Shown: positions 1-8,775 of the stretch, piece by piece
Layout of the letters: each line of letters starts with the position of its first letter
Position numbering within the stretch: position 1 is the first letter of the stretch
Source: Planctomycetota bacterium
Lineage (GTDB): Bacteria > Planctomycetota > B15-G4 > JADJEK01
DNA: 64,000 nucleotides
Assembly (NCBI GenBank): GCA_044225365.1
Contig: JBGAIQ010000009.1
Span: 96,462-160,461, forward strand
Reading direction: 5' to 3'
Program-made: the position numbers and the translations under genes
The notes under the pieces: model-generated
Database searches by the model: none
What the model was told of the DNA's origin: nothing
The model's input: only the letters and a program-made list of their open reading frames with translations

Positions 1-941
1 ACGTACTCGAGCTTCGACTTCGAGGGCGTCGTGACCGTGGCCGTGCGAGCCGGCGTGGAGCGCAGTTCGAAGGCGCCCGCAGCCGTCGTGACGATCGTCG
101 CGCGCGGATCCGGATGTGCGATCGTGATCGGCGCATTGCGCGTCGACGCGATCCCCGCGAGTCGACCGTCGCTTCCGTACGTGAAGTCCATCGCGAAGCT
201 CGCGTCGGACGCCGCGATCCGGACGAGTCGCCCGTTCTCCACCGTGAGGCCATAGCCGAGATCGTCCGTGACCTCGACCCGCGCGCCCGTCGGCAGCGAC
301 TTCCATACCGCGCTCGTATCGGCCCCCTCGATTCGTACGCGACGCATCTCACCGTCGGTCGTCACGACCCCCGTCGAATGCAGCGCCGATCCGAGATTGC
401 GAACGGAGCACGCCTCGAACACCGCCCCCGCCCGAAGATCTTTCAATTCGAACTCGACGACGTGATCCTTGCGGCGAGCACGAGCGAGCGGCGCGCCTTC
501 GCGCGCCCGTTCGATCGTGAGCCACCAATCACCCTCGTTCTCCTCCGCGCGGCCACGGTACACGCCTTCACCGAAAGAGGGCTCGGCGACGAACTCGACG
601 AGGCGCCCATCGTCGGTGAGCAGTCGCGGCGACTCCCCCCATTCGAGGCGTTGACCGAACGAACGCGTCCATCCCGGTCCGAGTCCCTCGGGGTCGGGAG
701 CGTCGGCGGTCGACGTGTCGTTGTAGTAGAGGACGAAGGGAGTGCGCGGAAGCTGCGTGACGAAGATCATGCCCCCCGTCGCGGGTAGGAGGCAGATCCC
801 GGAGTCCTCGATTGGGTAAGCGACGTCGCTGCCGATCGGGAGCCCGACTCCGCGCGAAGCCGAGCCGAGGTGATCGGCGCCGGACGAGGCCGGAACCGTC
901 GAGCACCACAGTGCGAGTATGCAGGTAAGGAGTGACATCAT
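1..941 (-). CDS. Partial CDS (3' end beyond window edge): hypothetical secreted protein / possible lipoprotein immediately downstream of the RHS toxin. Candidate immunity or accessory protein.
   Basis: Manual reverse-complement translation from the ATG at ~941 gives MMSLLTCILALWCSTVPASSGADHLG..., a signal-peptide-like N-terminus, with no stop before position 1. It is absent from the ORF track because it is open at the window edge. It starts 12 nt after the RHS stop. Confidence 0.5.
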   Translation of the reverse strand, partial: MMSLLTCILALWCSTVPASSGADHLGSASRGVGLPIGSDVAYPIEDSGICLLPATGGMIFVTQLPRTPFVLYYNDTSTADAPDPEGLGPGWTRSFGQRLEWGESPRLLTDDGRLVEFVAEPSFGEGVYRGRAEENEGDWWLTIERAREGAPLARARRKDHVVEFELKDLRAGAVFEACSVRNLGSALHSTGVVTTDGEMRRVRIEGADTSAVWKSLPTGARVEVTDDLGYGLTVENGRLVRIAASDASFAMDFTYGSDGRLAGIASTRNAPITIAHPDPRATIVTTAAGAFELRSTPARTATVTTPSKSKLEY

Positions 942-952
942 GGCTCCTCCTC

Positions 953-3900
953 TCAGTGTCCTTGCTTCGTCCGAGTGTGTCGGCACTCGCAAGGGCTCTC
1001 GGCCATGTCGAGGAACCCCGCCAAACGGTCCGCATGTTCCTTGATGTCGTTCATTGCCTTCTGCATCGTCGGATGCTCGATGGATGTCGCAGGAATCGGT
1101 TTACCGTCTCGGCCGGGCGCTGTCGGTCCGGTCAAGGAATAACCATCTCCAATGACGGTGACCCGGGTCAGCTTTGGATCCGATGTATCCGGCACGTCGT
1201 GCGTCGGCTGACTCAGCATTCCATTGTGGACGACATCCGCCCACAGCATGATCGTGACGCTGCCGAACTGGTACTGATTCCAGATCTCGTTGATGATTCG
1301 CTTCCTCTGCAGTTCCCATTTCTCCTTCGCGTCGACATACGCCGCCATCGAATCATGCGTCATGAACGACTTGATTCCAGCGAGCGAGTTGAGCGCGTTT
1401 TGTAGGAAACGCTCCACGAAGGAGTACAAGAGCACGGCGTGGACCATTTCGTGGAAGTAGGCGGACTCCGTGATTCCTTTTCCAACCACTCTCAGCGTCT
1501 TATCAGGAGCCATGACGCTGGAATTCAGGGCTGCGATCTGCACCTTGATGCTGAAATCGGAATCTCCCGAGTGGGAGGTCCTCGCGTGATCCGTCTCGGC
1601 CGGATAGCACGGCGGATCCATCACGGGATTCACGTAGACGTACTTCTCGGAGTAGATGTCCACGCTGTCGAGCTCGGTGACGCCAAAGACCAGGCCTCCC
1701 AGCGCCTCCGAGAAGGCGACGCCAGCCAACTTCGGTCGCTGGATCTCACCGAGCACCCGACCGACCGTGCATAGGCCACTAGGATCGACGAAATCGACCG
1801 GATCGTCGCCGACCCGGCTGTATTCCTTCTGGAGCGAGCTGGCGCGAATCGGATCCGGCTCCACGAACCGGCAATCCTCCGGATCGTACATCCGAGCGCC
1901 GTTCCAGTAGATCCCGTGGTTCGCGTCCCAGCGCATGCCCTGGAACCGGTCGACGTTCCACGTCGCGCCGCTCGTTCCGAGCGAGCCCCCGAAGGGATAG
2001 TACTCGAACCCCGCGGTCGCGAGCGTCGACTCGTCGAGCGTGCGCACCACGCTGCCCGTGATCGGATCGGCGAGCACGACGTGATCGACGCCGGATCGCT
2101 CGGACCAGATCTTCTGATCGATGCCGGTACCGAAATCCTCCTCCTCGAGTACCCAGTTGTTGTAGGAAAGAACGGGCTCGCCGTTGGGATCGAGCGTGAA
2201 GTAACGAATCGTCGAGCCCGTCACGGCACCGAGGATCGAGCCGAACGGATCGCGATAGAACTGGGTGGTGACGGCGCCGGTCGTGAGGGTCGCGATGCGG
2301 CCCCAGGCATCGTAGGTGTAGGTGCGAGTCGAAGCGCCGTTCGATCGCGAGGTCACGCGGCCCGCTGCGTCGTACGCGTACGTCGTCGTTGCGCTACCCT
2401 TCTGTGCCGTGATCAGGCGACTCGCCTGGTCGTAGCCAAAGGTCGTCGTCACGCCGGACTGCGTGGAAGTCGCGATGCGGCCGGCGGCGTCGTAAGTCAG
2501 GCTGGAGGTATACGCATTCGGTCCGGTTCGCTTGCTCGACGCCAGCGCACCGAACGATGTGTAGGTGAACGTCTCGCTGTCGCCCGCCGCGTGATCGATT
2601 TGCGAGACGCGATCTTCGCCATTGTATTTGTAAACGCGGTGCACCAGCGTCGTGCTCGATCGCGCGGCCGAGTAGTCGTTCAGTCGACCGCATCCGTCGA
2701 ATGCGAATCTCTCGTCGACGAGGCCGCGGATCCTTCGAAGCACGATGCGACCGATCGAATCGTACGTAAAGCTCGTCATCGGTTCGGTGATGCTTCCCCG
2801 TACGAGGTCGATCGATGAGATTCGACTCATCGAATCGTAGGAATACGAGAATGCATCGCCGTTCGGAACGACTCGCGCGATGAGGCGCCCTGTCGAATCG
2901 TAGTAATACGAGAACACCTCCCCGAATCCATTGGAGAACGACGTGACCCGCCCCGACGCGTCGTAAGCGTACTGATACCAGGTCGTGCCTTCCTGGATCG
3001 CGGCGAGGCGATCGTGCGCGTCGTACGTGTAACTGCGCGTCGCACCACCGATGCTCGAGCTGGATTGCGTGAGCTTGCCCGAGGCGTCGTAGGCGAAGGA
3101 ATACGTGACACCACCGGGCTCGGTCTGACTCGTGAGTCGACCGTTCGCATCATGCGTGAGGGTGAACGTCTGCGTACCGTGGACGACCGTAGCGAGGTTG
3201 CCGAGCGCGTCGTAGGAATACGACCACGCGAGATCACCGCCGTTCTTCTTGTACGTGAGGCGGCCGAGGGAGTCGTACGCGTACGTCACGGCCGGCGCGC
3301 CGTCGGGGGTCGACGTGAGGGGCTGACCCGCGAGATTGTAGGTATACGAACACCCATACCCCGTCGGATGGACCATGCGCGAAAGTCGGCCGTTCACGTC
3401 GTACGAGTAGGTCGTCGTCAGCACGGTGCTCGTCGACTGGGCAACGGGGTATTTCTTCACGGATACGAGCCGACCGCCCGAATCGTAGGTCTGGTCGATC
3501 CGAATCTCGCTCGAGGTCCCCGGAGCGAGTTTCGATACGGTGAGTCGACCGACGACGTCGTAGGCGAAGGTCGCCACCAGCACGCCGTTCTGCCGGACTT
3601 CCGTGCAGCGCCCCGCCGCATCCCGCGTGTAGGTCGTGGTCACACCGCCGCAGGTCGTGGACACGAGATCCGTGTAGAGGAATTGCGACGTGCTCGGCAT
3701 GGACCCCGAGGCGGCGTGCGACGTCTCGAGCCCTGCGAGGTTGTAGGCGCGTTGCAGTACGACGGCGGGATCGGAGTCGTTCGCGAGGCCATCGCTGTTC
3801 GAATCGATCCAGGGGCCGGTCTCGGTGACGGGGCGGCCCAGCGCATCGCGAGCGACCACGGTCGTCCGACCTCCCGAATCCACCGCGCGCGTGAGTCGGT

Positions 3901-4978
3901 CGGCGGCATCGTAGTCGTAGGTCGCCGTGCCGAGACCGAAGTACGTGTGCGACGTCTCCTGGTTCCGCGCTCCGAACGCGACCGACTCCTGCGGAGTCAT
4001 CGCGCCATCGAAAGTGGTCGCCTGGCGATTCAGCGCGTCGAACTGCGCCGCCTCGAGCACCGACGTCTGGTTCGCGATCATGGTCTGAACGCCGGCGAGC
4101 GAGGCGGCGGGACCATGGCGCGAAACGACGTTGCCCGACGCGTCGTAGCGGTTGCCGATCCACGTGACATTGCTCGACGTCGTGCGGATTCCCTGCGCTT
4201 CGATCCGTCCGGCGGAGTCGTACGACGTGAATTCGCTGCCGAGCGCGGTCGAGACTCCCGGGCGCGTGACTTTGATCACGCGATGCTGCGAATCGTAGTC
4301 GAAGTACGTGACGAGACCGTTGGGATCGGTCTCCGAGATCTTGTCGTGCGTCGCGTTGTAGGACCGGAACGTGATCGCGCCGGCCTCATTGCGGATCTGG
4401 ACCAGGTCGCCGTTCGAGTCGTAAGTGAATTGGCGATATTGACCCGCGGTGATCATCGCCTGAACGTCGGTCTGCGTGAACGCGGGTCCCGCGCTCTGGA
4501 TCACGCGCCCCATCGAATCGAGCGTGTCGAGGGTGATGCCCCCGCGGAAATCGGTCGTCATCGTCCGATTGCCCGCGAGATACGCGAAGGTCCAGGTGTA
4601 CGTCTCGGTGCCATTCGTCGCGGTCCGTGACGCGAGGCGACCCATCGAATCGTAGGTGTACGACTCGGTCAGCGCCCCGCCCTGGCGACTGTGGCTCGTC
4701 ACTCGGTACTGCGCATCCCACGTCCAGTTCTCGATCTGCCCACCGGGATGCGTCGCCTGCTGCAGGAGCGAGTAGCCGCCGGAATACGTGTACGTGTAGT
4801 TGTGCGTCTGAGCGGCGAGTTCCGCCGGATTCGGCACCGGACCGTACACCGGTCCACGGTGCTGGGTCACGTTGCCGAAGGCGTCGTACTGGAAGTCCTC
4901 GTAGAGTGATTGGGCGCTGGCAATTCCCGCCAGCGACATGGCTGCGGCGAAGAGCGAGACGGGGAGACGGAGCGACAT
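953..4978 (-). CDS. RHS / YD-repeat polymorphic toxin with Sec signal peptide, RHS core (DPxGL) and a C-terminal HExxH (zincin-like) toxin domain
   Basis: 1341 aa. N-terminal signal MSLRLPVSLFAAAMSLAGIASAQS. Dozens of YD/YxYDxxGR repeats. RHS repeat-associated core ...RFQGMRWDANHGIYWNGARMYDPEDCRFVEPDPI...DPSGL. C-terminal ~290 aa contain HEMVH. The C-terminal coding region (~960-1820) is markedly lower in GC than the flanks. Confidence 0.9.
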   Translation of the reverse strand: MSLRLPVSLFAAAMSLAGIASAQSLYEDFQYDAFGNVTQHRGPVYGPVPNPAELAAQTHNYTYTYSGGYSLLQQATHPGGQIENWTWDAQYRVTSHSRQGGALTESYTYDSMGRLASRTATNGTETYTWTFAYLAGNRTMTTDFRGGITLDTLDSMGRVIQSAGPAFTQTDVQAMITAGQYRQFTYDSNGDLVQIRNEAGAITFRSYNATHDKISETDPNGLVTYFDYDSQHRVIKVTRPGVSTALGSEFTSYDSAGRIEAQGIRTTSSNVTWIGNRYDASGNVVSRHGPAASLAGVQTMIANQTSVLEAAQFDALNRQATTFDGAMTPQESVAFGARNQETSHTYFGLGTATYDYDAADRLTRAVDSGGRTTVVARDALGRPVTETGPWIDSNSDGLANDSDPAVVLQRAYNLAGLETSHAASGSMPSTSQFLYTDLVSTTCGGVTTTYTRDAAGRCTEVRQNGVLVATFAYDVVGRLTVSKLAPGTSSEIRIDQTYDSGGRLVSVKKYPVAQSTSTVLTTTYSYDVNGRLSRMVHPTGYGCSYTYNLAGQPLTSTPDGAPAVTYAYDSLGRLTYKKNGGDLAWSYSYDALGNLATVVHGTQTFTLTHDANGRLTSQTEPGGVTYSFAYDASGKLTQSSSSIGGATRSYTYDAHDRLAAIQEGTTWYQYAYDASGRVTSFSNGFGEVFSYYYDSTGRLIARVVPNGDAFSYSYDSMSRISSIDLVRGSITEPMTSFTYDSIGRIVLRRIRGLVDERFAFDGCGRLNDYSAARSSTTLVHRVYKYNGEDRVSQIDHAAGDSETFTYTSFGALASSKRTGPNAYTSSLTYDAAGRIATSTQSGVTTTFGYDQASRLITAQKGSATTTYAYDAAGRVTSRSNGASTRTYTYDAWGRIATLTTGAVTTQFYRDPFGSILGAVTGSTIRYFTLDPNGEPVLSYNNWVLEEEDFGTGIDQKIWSERSGVDHVVLADPITGSVVRTLDESTLATAGFEYYPFGGSLGTSGATWNVDRFQGMRWDANHGIYWNGARMYDPEDCRFVEPDPIRASSLQKEYSRVGDDPVDFVDPSGLCTVGRVLGEIQRPKLAGVAFSEALGGLVFGVTELDSVDIYSEKYVYVNPVMDPPCYPAETDHARTSHSGDSDFSIKVQIAALNSSVMAPDKTLRVVGKGITESAYFHEMVHAVLLYSFVERFLQNALNSLAGIKSFMTHDSMAAYVDAKEKWELQRKRIINEIWNQYQFGSVTIMLWADVVHNGMLSQPTHDVPDTSDPKLTRVTVIGDGYSLTGPTAPGRDGKPIPATSIEHPTMQKAMNDIKEHADRLAGFLDMAESPCECRHTRTKQGH

Positions 4979-5096
4979 CGGGAATCCTCGAAGCGGTGGC
5001 GATGGTCGGGACCACCTGGGACGAGCGAGGATGCCGCGGCGACGTCACGCGGGATTCACGACTTTTTTTCCGTCCGTGGACGCCGCGGCGAACCGA

Positions 5097-8000
5097 TCAG
5101 GAGCGAAGAACGCGATCGGCCTCGCGCACGACGGCTGCGTTGAACAGATCGCTGGTCAGGAACGCCTCGCGCCGCTGGGCGTCCTCGATTCCCGTACTGC
5201 GCTCGAGCACGAGGTCGCGTGCCCGCACGAGGAACTCGCGAGCCTCGTCCTCACGATCGATCGCCTTCAGGCAGCGATAGTGGATGAACGACAGCTCGGC
5301 CTGGCGCTTCCTCGCGGCCTGGTGCGTCTCCAGGAACTTCATGCCCTTCTTGCTGACGGCGAGGGCGAACTTGGACTTGCCCTGCGCGAGGTAGGCGACG
5401 GCGAGCGCGGCGTAGGCGTAGGCCTCCTGTCGCGCAAGCTCGTACTTCTGCGCGATCGCCACGCCCGAGGCGGCATACGTCGCGGCGACGGCGGGGTCGC
5501 GCTCCGGATTCTGATTCGCGATGAAGAGGAGGGCGAGGGCGACGTGCGTGTACACCTCGAACGGCGCATCCGAGGTCATCTTGAACAGATCGAGCGCGCG
5601 TTCGAGGCGGGCCCTTGCTTCGGCATGGCGACGCGCTCGCATCGCGAGTTCGCCAGAGACGTACAGCGCGCGAGCCTTCAACGCCTGATCGGAGTTGGCC
5701 TCGGCGATCGTGAGCGCCGCGTCCGCGGACTTCTCGGCGCGTTCGAGGTCGCCGAGCTCGCGATAGGTCCTTGCGAGCTGAAAGAACGCGCGGCCCCGAC
5801 CGCGTTGATCCTCGAGTCGCTCGAAGAGCGCGAGGGCCTGCTTCTGCGTCTCGAGGGCGAGCTCGAGACGATCCGTCGCGAGATAGAGCTGGCCGAAGAT
5901 GAGGAAGCCGTAGGCGCGTCCCAGCTCGTCCCCCGCCGCAGCGGCGAGTTCGTCGGCACGCTTCAATTCGTCGTCATAATCGGTCTGACCGAGCGTCTCG
6001 AGCACGGCGGCCTCGACGCGGAGCGAGCGCGCCTCGAGCGCGAGATCACCCGCACGTCGCGCCGCCTCGCGCGAACGCTCGCAATGCTGCAGCGCCGCGA
6101 ACACGCGGCCGGTGGACGAGTCGTACGCAGCGAGTTCGACCTCGACCTGCGCGATGCGTCGATCGTCGTTGGCCGTGAGCGCTACGCGGGCGGCGGAGCG
6201 CAGCAATTCGCCCTGCCGCGCGCGCTGTCCCAGATGACCGTAGACCGAAGCCGCGCCGAGGAAGAGGGCCACGCGATCCGAGGCGACGATCGTGGCATCG
6301 TCGTCGGAAACCTGCGACAGGTGGTCGAGCGCCTTGTCGGCGAGCCGCTGCGCTCGCTCGTGGAGGTTGCGGTCCTCGCAGAAGTCCACGGCACCGATCA
6401 GATACCTGGCGGCGCGCGAGTGCGCCTCCGCGAAGGAGAAGTGGATGCCGGCTTCGTAGTTCGCGCGCGTCGCGGCGTGCGGGTCGGTGGACGACCGCGC
6501 GTGGATCTGCGCGACCGTCAGGTGATATTCGCGACGCAGGGCGGGATCGATCCCGAGGTACACCCGTTCACGCAGCAAGTGATGATCGAAGCGGTAGGCG
6601 TCGTCGAACGATCGAACGAGGTGATAGCGCTGGGTCAGTCGCGAGAGAACCTCGGAGGCCTTGAGGAGGTCGAGCCCGAGTCCCTCGATGACCGGCTCGG
6701 GTTTGAATCGCGCGCCGAACACCGACGCGAATTCGAGGAAGCGCTTCGCTTCGGCATCGATGTCCTCGAGCCTTCGCGCGAGCAGGTCGAGCACCGATTT
6801 CGGCAACGGCAGGCGCTTCAGCTCGGCGGGCTTGATCGAGCGCAGCTTGCCGCGCCGTTCCAGGTCGTCGATCAGCGCGAACAGGAAGCCGGGATTGCCT
6901 TCGCTCGCTTCGTGGAGGCGCTTGCCGAGAGATTTCAGGAGCGCCGGCGGAACGCCGACGTCCCGCAGCACGGAGCGGACGGCGGTGTCGTCGAGCCGCT
7001 CGAGCGTGACGTGGAGCGCTTCCTTCAGCTCGAACAGCTTCTTGAAGAACGGCGCCGACGGCGGCTCGCCCGGCATCGTCTCGGCGAGTGCGCTCTCGCG
7101 GGCCGTGAGCACGATGGCGATCGGGAACACCGCGAGCGTCGAGGCGAGTGCGAGCAAGGCGCGGAGCGAACCGCGATCGGCCCACTGGATCTCCTCGATC
7201 ACGAGGAAGATCGGCGAGCGCACCGACAGCGTGCGCAGGACCTCCGCGTACAGCGCGGGGACGGCTTCCGGCGGCAGTTGCTTCGCTGCCGAAGAACCGG
7301 CGAGCGCGCTCGCGCCCGGCGCATTCGTCCCGCCGGATGCGACGCCCGCGCCGCCTTCACCGAGAACGAGGGAAGCGAAAGCGTCGGCGAAGACGCGGCG
7401 CTCGGGCAGGTTCTCGCGCAACTTCTCGGCGAGCACGCGCGTGCGATCGGCGCGCGGGACCGCGTCGACGCCGAGGGCCATCAGCAGCGCCTCGTTCAGT
7501 GCGTAGTACGGCGTCGCTGCCGCTTGATCGAGGAAGCGCGAGACGAGGACCTGCGCGCCGAGCGGCTCGATCTCCTCGGACTCGAGTGCGCTATCGATGA
7601 GGCGCGATTTGCCGATCCCGGTCTCGCCGGTGACGACGACGACCCGTCCGCTCCGCGCGACGGCGGCCGTGCGCAATGCGTCGACGAGCGCGCCGCGCGC
7701 GGCGTCCCGTCCGTAGACCCGAGTCGCACGACGCACGCGCAATCGTCGCCGCGAACGCGACAGGTGCGCCTCCATGGCTTCGCCCTCGACGTAGGCCTTC
7801 CACCAGTCCGATTCCTCGCGTTCCTCGAGGATGCGAAGGAGGCGCGATGCCGGCTGGAGACGCCGCGCCGGGTCTTTCTCGAGCGCCTGCGCGACCACCC
7901 GCTCGAAGAAGTACGAAACGTCGGGCGCGAACGCCGAGACGGGACGCGGGACGAGCCTCGTCTGATTCGCCATCGTCGACGGCAGATCGGGACCGTGGAA

Positions 8001-8762
8001 CGGATTGAATCCCGTGAGGCACTCGTAGGCGGTGACGCCGAGCGAGTAGAGGTCGGTCGCCTTGCCGATCGGCCCGCTCGCGATCTGCTCGGGCGACGAA
8101 TACGCGGCGCTGCCGACGAACGTGCCGGGCAGCGAGATCTCCGTCCCCGGCTCCACGAGCCGCGAGAGTCCGAGATCGACGATGTGGAGATGGTCCTCGG
8201 CGTCGAGGAACAGGTTCCCGGGTTTGATGTCCCGGTGCAGGATGTCGTGCTCGTGGAGCGCCGCGAGCGCCGCGACGCCCTGTCGATAGACGTGGAACGC
8301 TCGGCTCTCGCTCATCCTCCCGTCGTCGTCGAGGACCTTCGAGAGCGTGCGCCCTCGCAGATACTCCATGACGATGAAGTGGAGCGTCTCGCCGCCCACC
8401 TTCTCGCTGCCGACGTCGTAGGTCGCGACCACGTTCTCGTGCTTGATCGCGAGGCCGACCCCGGCTTCGCGTTTGAATCGCCGGAGGATGTCCTCGTCGG
8501 CCGCGAGGTGCGGATGCAGGATCTTGAGCGCGACCTCGACGCCCACGCGCAGACCCTTCTTCGCCTTCACCACCTCGGCGAGGAAGACCGTTCCCATGCC
8601 GCCCGCGCCAAGGCGCTTGACGACGCGGTAGTTCTTGATGGTCTTGCCCTCGAGATCGTTCACGCACGTACTTTCGTTGTCAGGATCGAAGCTGGCGATT
8701 ATAGTCCGTGGCAGCGTAGGGCAAGCGTAAGCGATTGCGAGCGCGCTTTTAACGCACAGCAA
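5097..8762 (-). CDS. Ser/Thr protein kinase of STAND type: N-terminal Hanks kinase domain + AAA/P-loop NTPase + C-terminal TPR-like repeats. True start possibly the GTG at ~8663.
   Basis: GAGGMGTVFLAEV (G-loop), VALK, HRDIKPGNLFLD, DLGLS, SPEQ. P-loop VVVTGETGIGKS. Long alpha-helical TPR-like C-terminus. The ORF-track start is a TTG; the first ~33 codons lie in an AT-richer stretch that looks like promoter DNA. Confidence 0.85.
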   Translation of the reverse strand: MLCVKSALAIAYACPTLPRTIIASFDPDNESTCVNDLEGKTIKNYRVVKRLGAGGMGTVFLAEVVKAKKGLRVGVEVALKILHPHLAADEDILRRFKREAGVGLAIKHENVVATYDVGSEKVGGETLHFIVMEYLRGRTLSKVLDDDGRMSESRAFHVYRQGVAALAALHEHDILHRDIKPGNLFLDAEDHLHIVDLGLSRLVEPGTEISLPGTFVGSAAYSSPEQIASGPIGKATDLYSLGVTAYECLTGFNPFHGPDLPSTMANQTRLVPRPVSAFAPDVSYFFERVVAQALEKDPARRLQPASRLLRILEEREESDWWKAYVEGEAMEAHLSRSRRRLRVRRATRVYGRDAARGALVDALRTAAVARSGRVVVVTGETGIGKSRLIDSALESEEIEPLGAQVLVSRFLDQAAATPYYALNEALLMALGVDAVPRADRTRVLAEKLRENLPERRVFADAFASLVLGEGGAGVASGGTNAPGASALAGSSAAKQLPPEAVPALYAEVLRTLSVRSPIFLVIEEIQWADRGSLRALLALASTLAVFPIAIVLTARESALAETMPGEPPSAPFFKKLFELKEALHVTLERLDDTAVRSVLRDVGVPPALLKSLGKRLHEASEGNPGFLFALIDDLERRGKLRSIKPAELKRLPLPKSVLDLLARRLEDIDAEAKRFLEFASVFGARFKPEPVIEGLGLDLLKASEVLSRLTQRYHLVRSFDDAYRFDHHLLRERVYLGIDPALRREYHLTVAQIHARSSTDPHAATRANYEAGIHFSFAEAHSRAARYLIGAVDFCEDRNLHERAQRLADKALDHLSQVSDDDATIVASDRVALFLGAASVYGHLGQRARQGELLRSAARVALTANDDRRIAQVEVELAAYDSSTGRVFAALQHCERSREAARRAGDLALEARSLRVEAAVLETLGQTDYDDELKRADELAAAAGDELGRAYGFLIFGQLYLATDRLELALETQKQALALFERLEDQRGRGRAFFQLARTYRELGDLERAEKSADAALTIAEANSDQALKARALYVSGELAMRARRHAEARARLERALDLFKMTSDAPFEVYTHVALALLFIANQNPERDPAVAATYAASGVAIAQKYELARQEAYAYAALAVAYLAQGKSKFALAVSKKGMKFLETHQAARKRQAELSFIHYRCLKAIDREDEAREFLVRARDLVLERSTGIEDAQRREAFLTSDLFNAAVVREADRVLRS

Positions 8763-8775
8763 ACGGCAAAACCCA
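8664..8775. promoter_or_regulatory. Divergent intergenic/promoter region between the STK gene and cysS
   Basis: ~110 bp with locally lower GC (attatagtccgtggcagcgtagggcaagcgtaagcgattgcg...) between divergently oriented genes. Confidence 0.4.

Noticed and set aside
4979-5096. T7 tract (gactttttttcc) near the RHS start, considered as a terminator of the kinase gene
   Set aside because: The T-run is on the wrong side of the only weak adjacent hairpin for either strand. It is more likely part of the AT-richer RHS promoter region.
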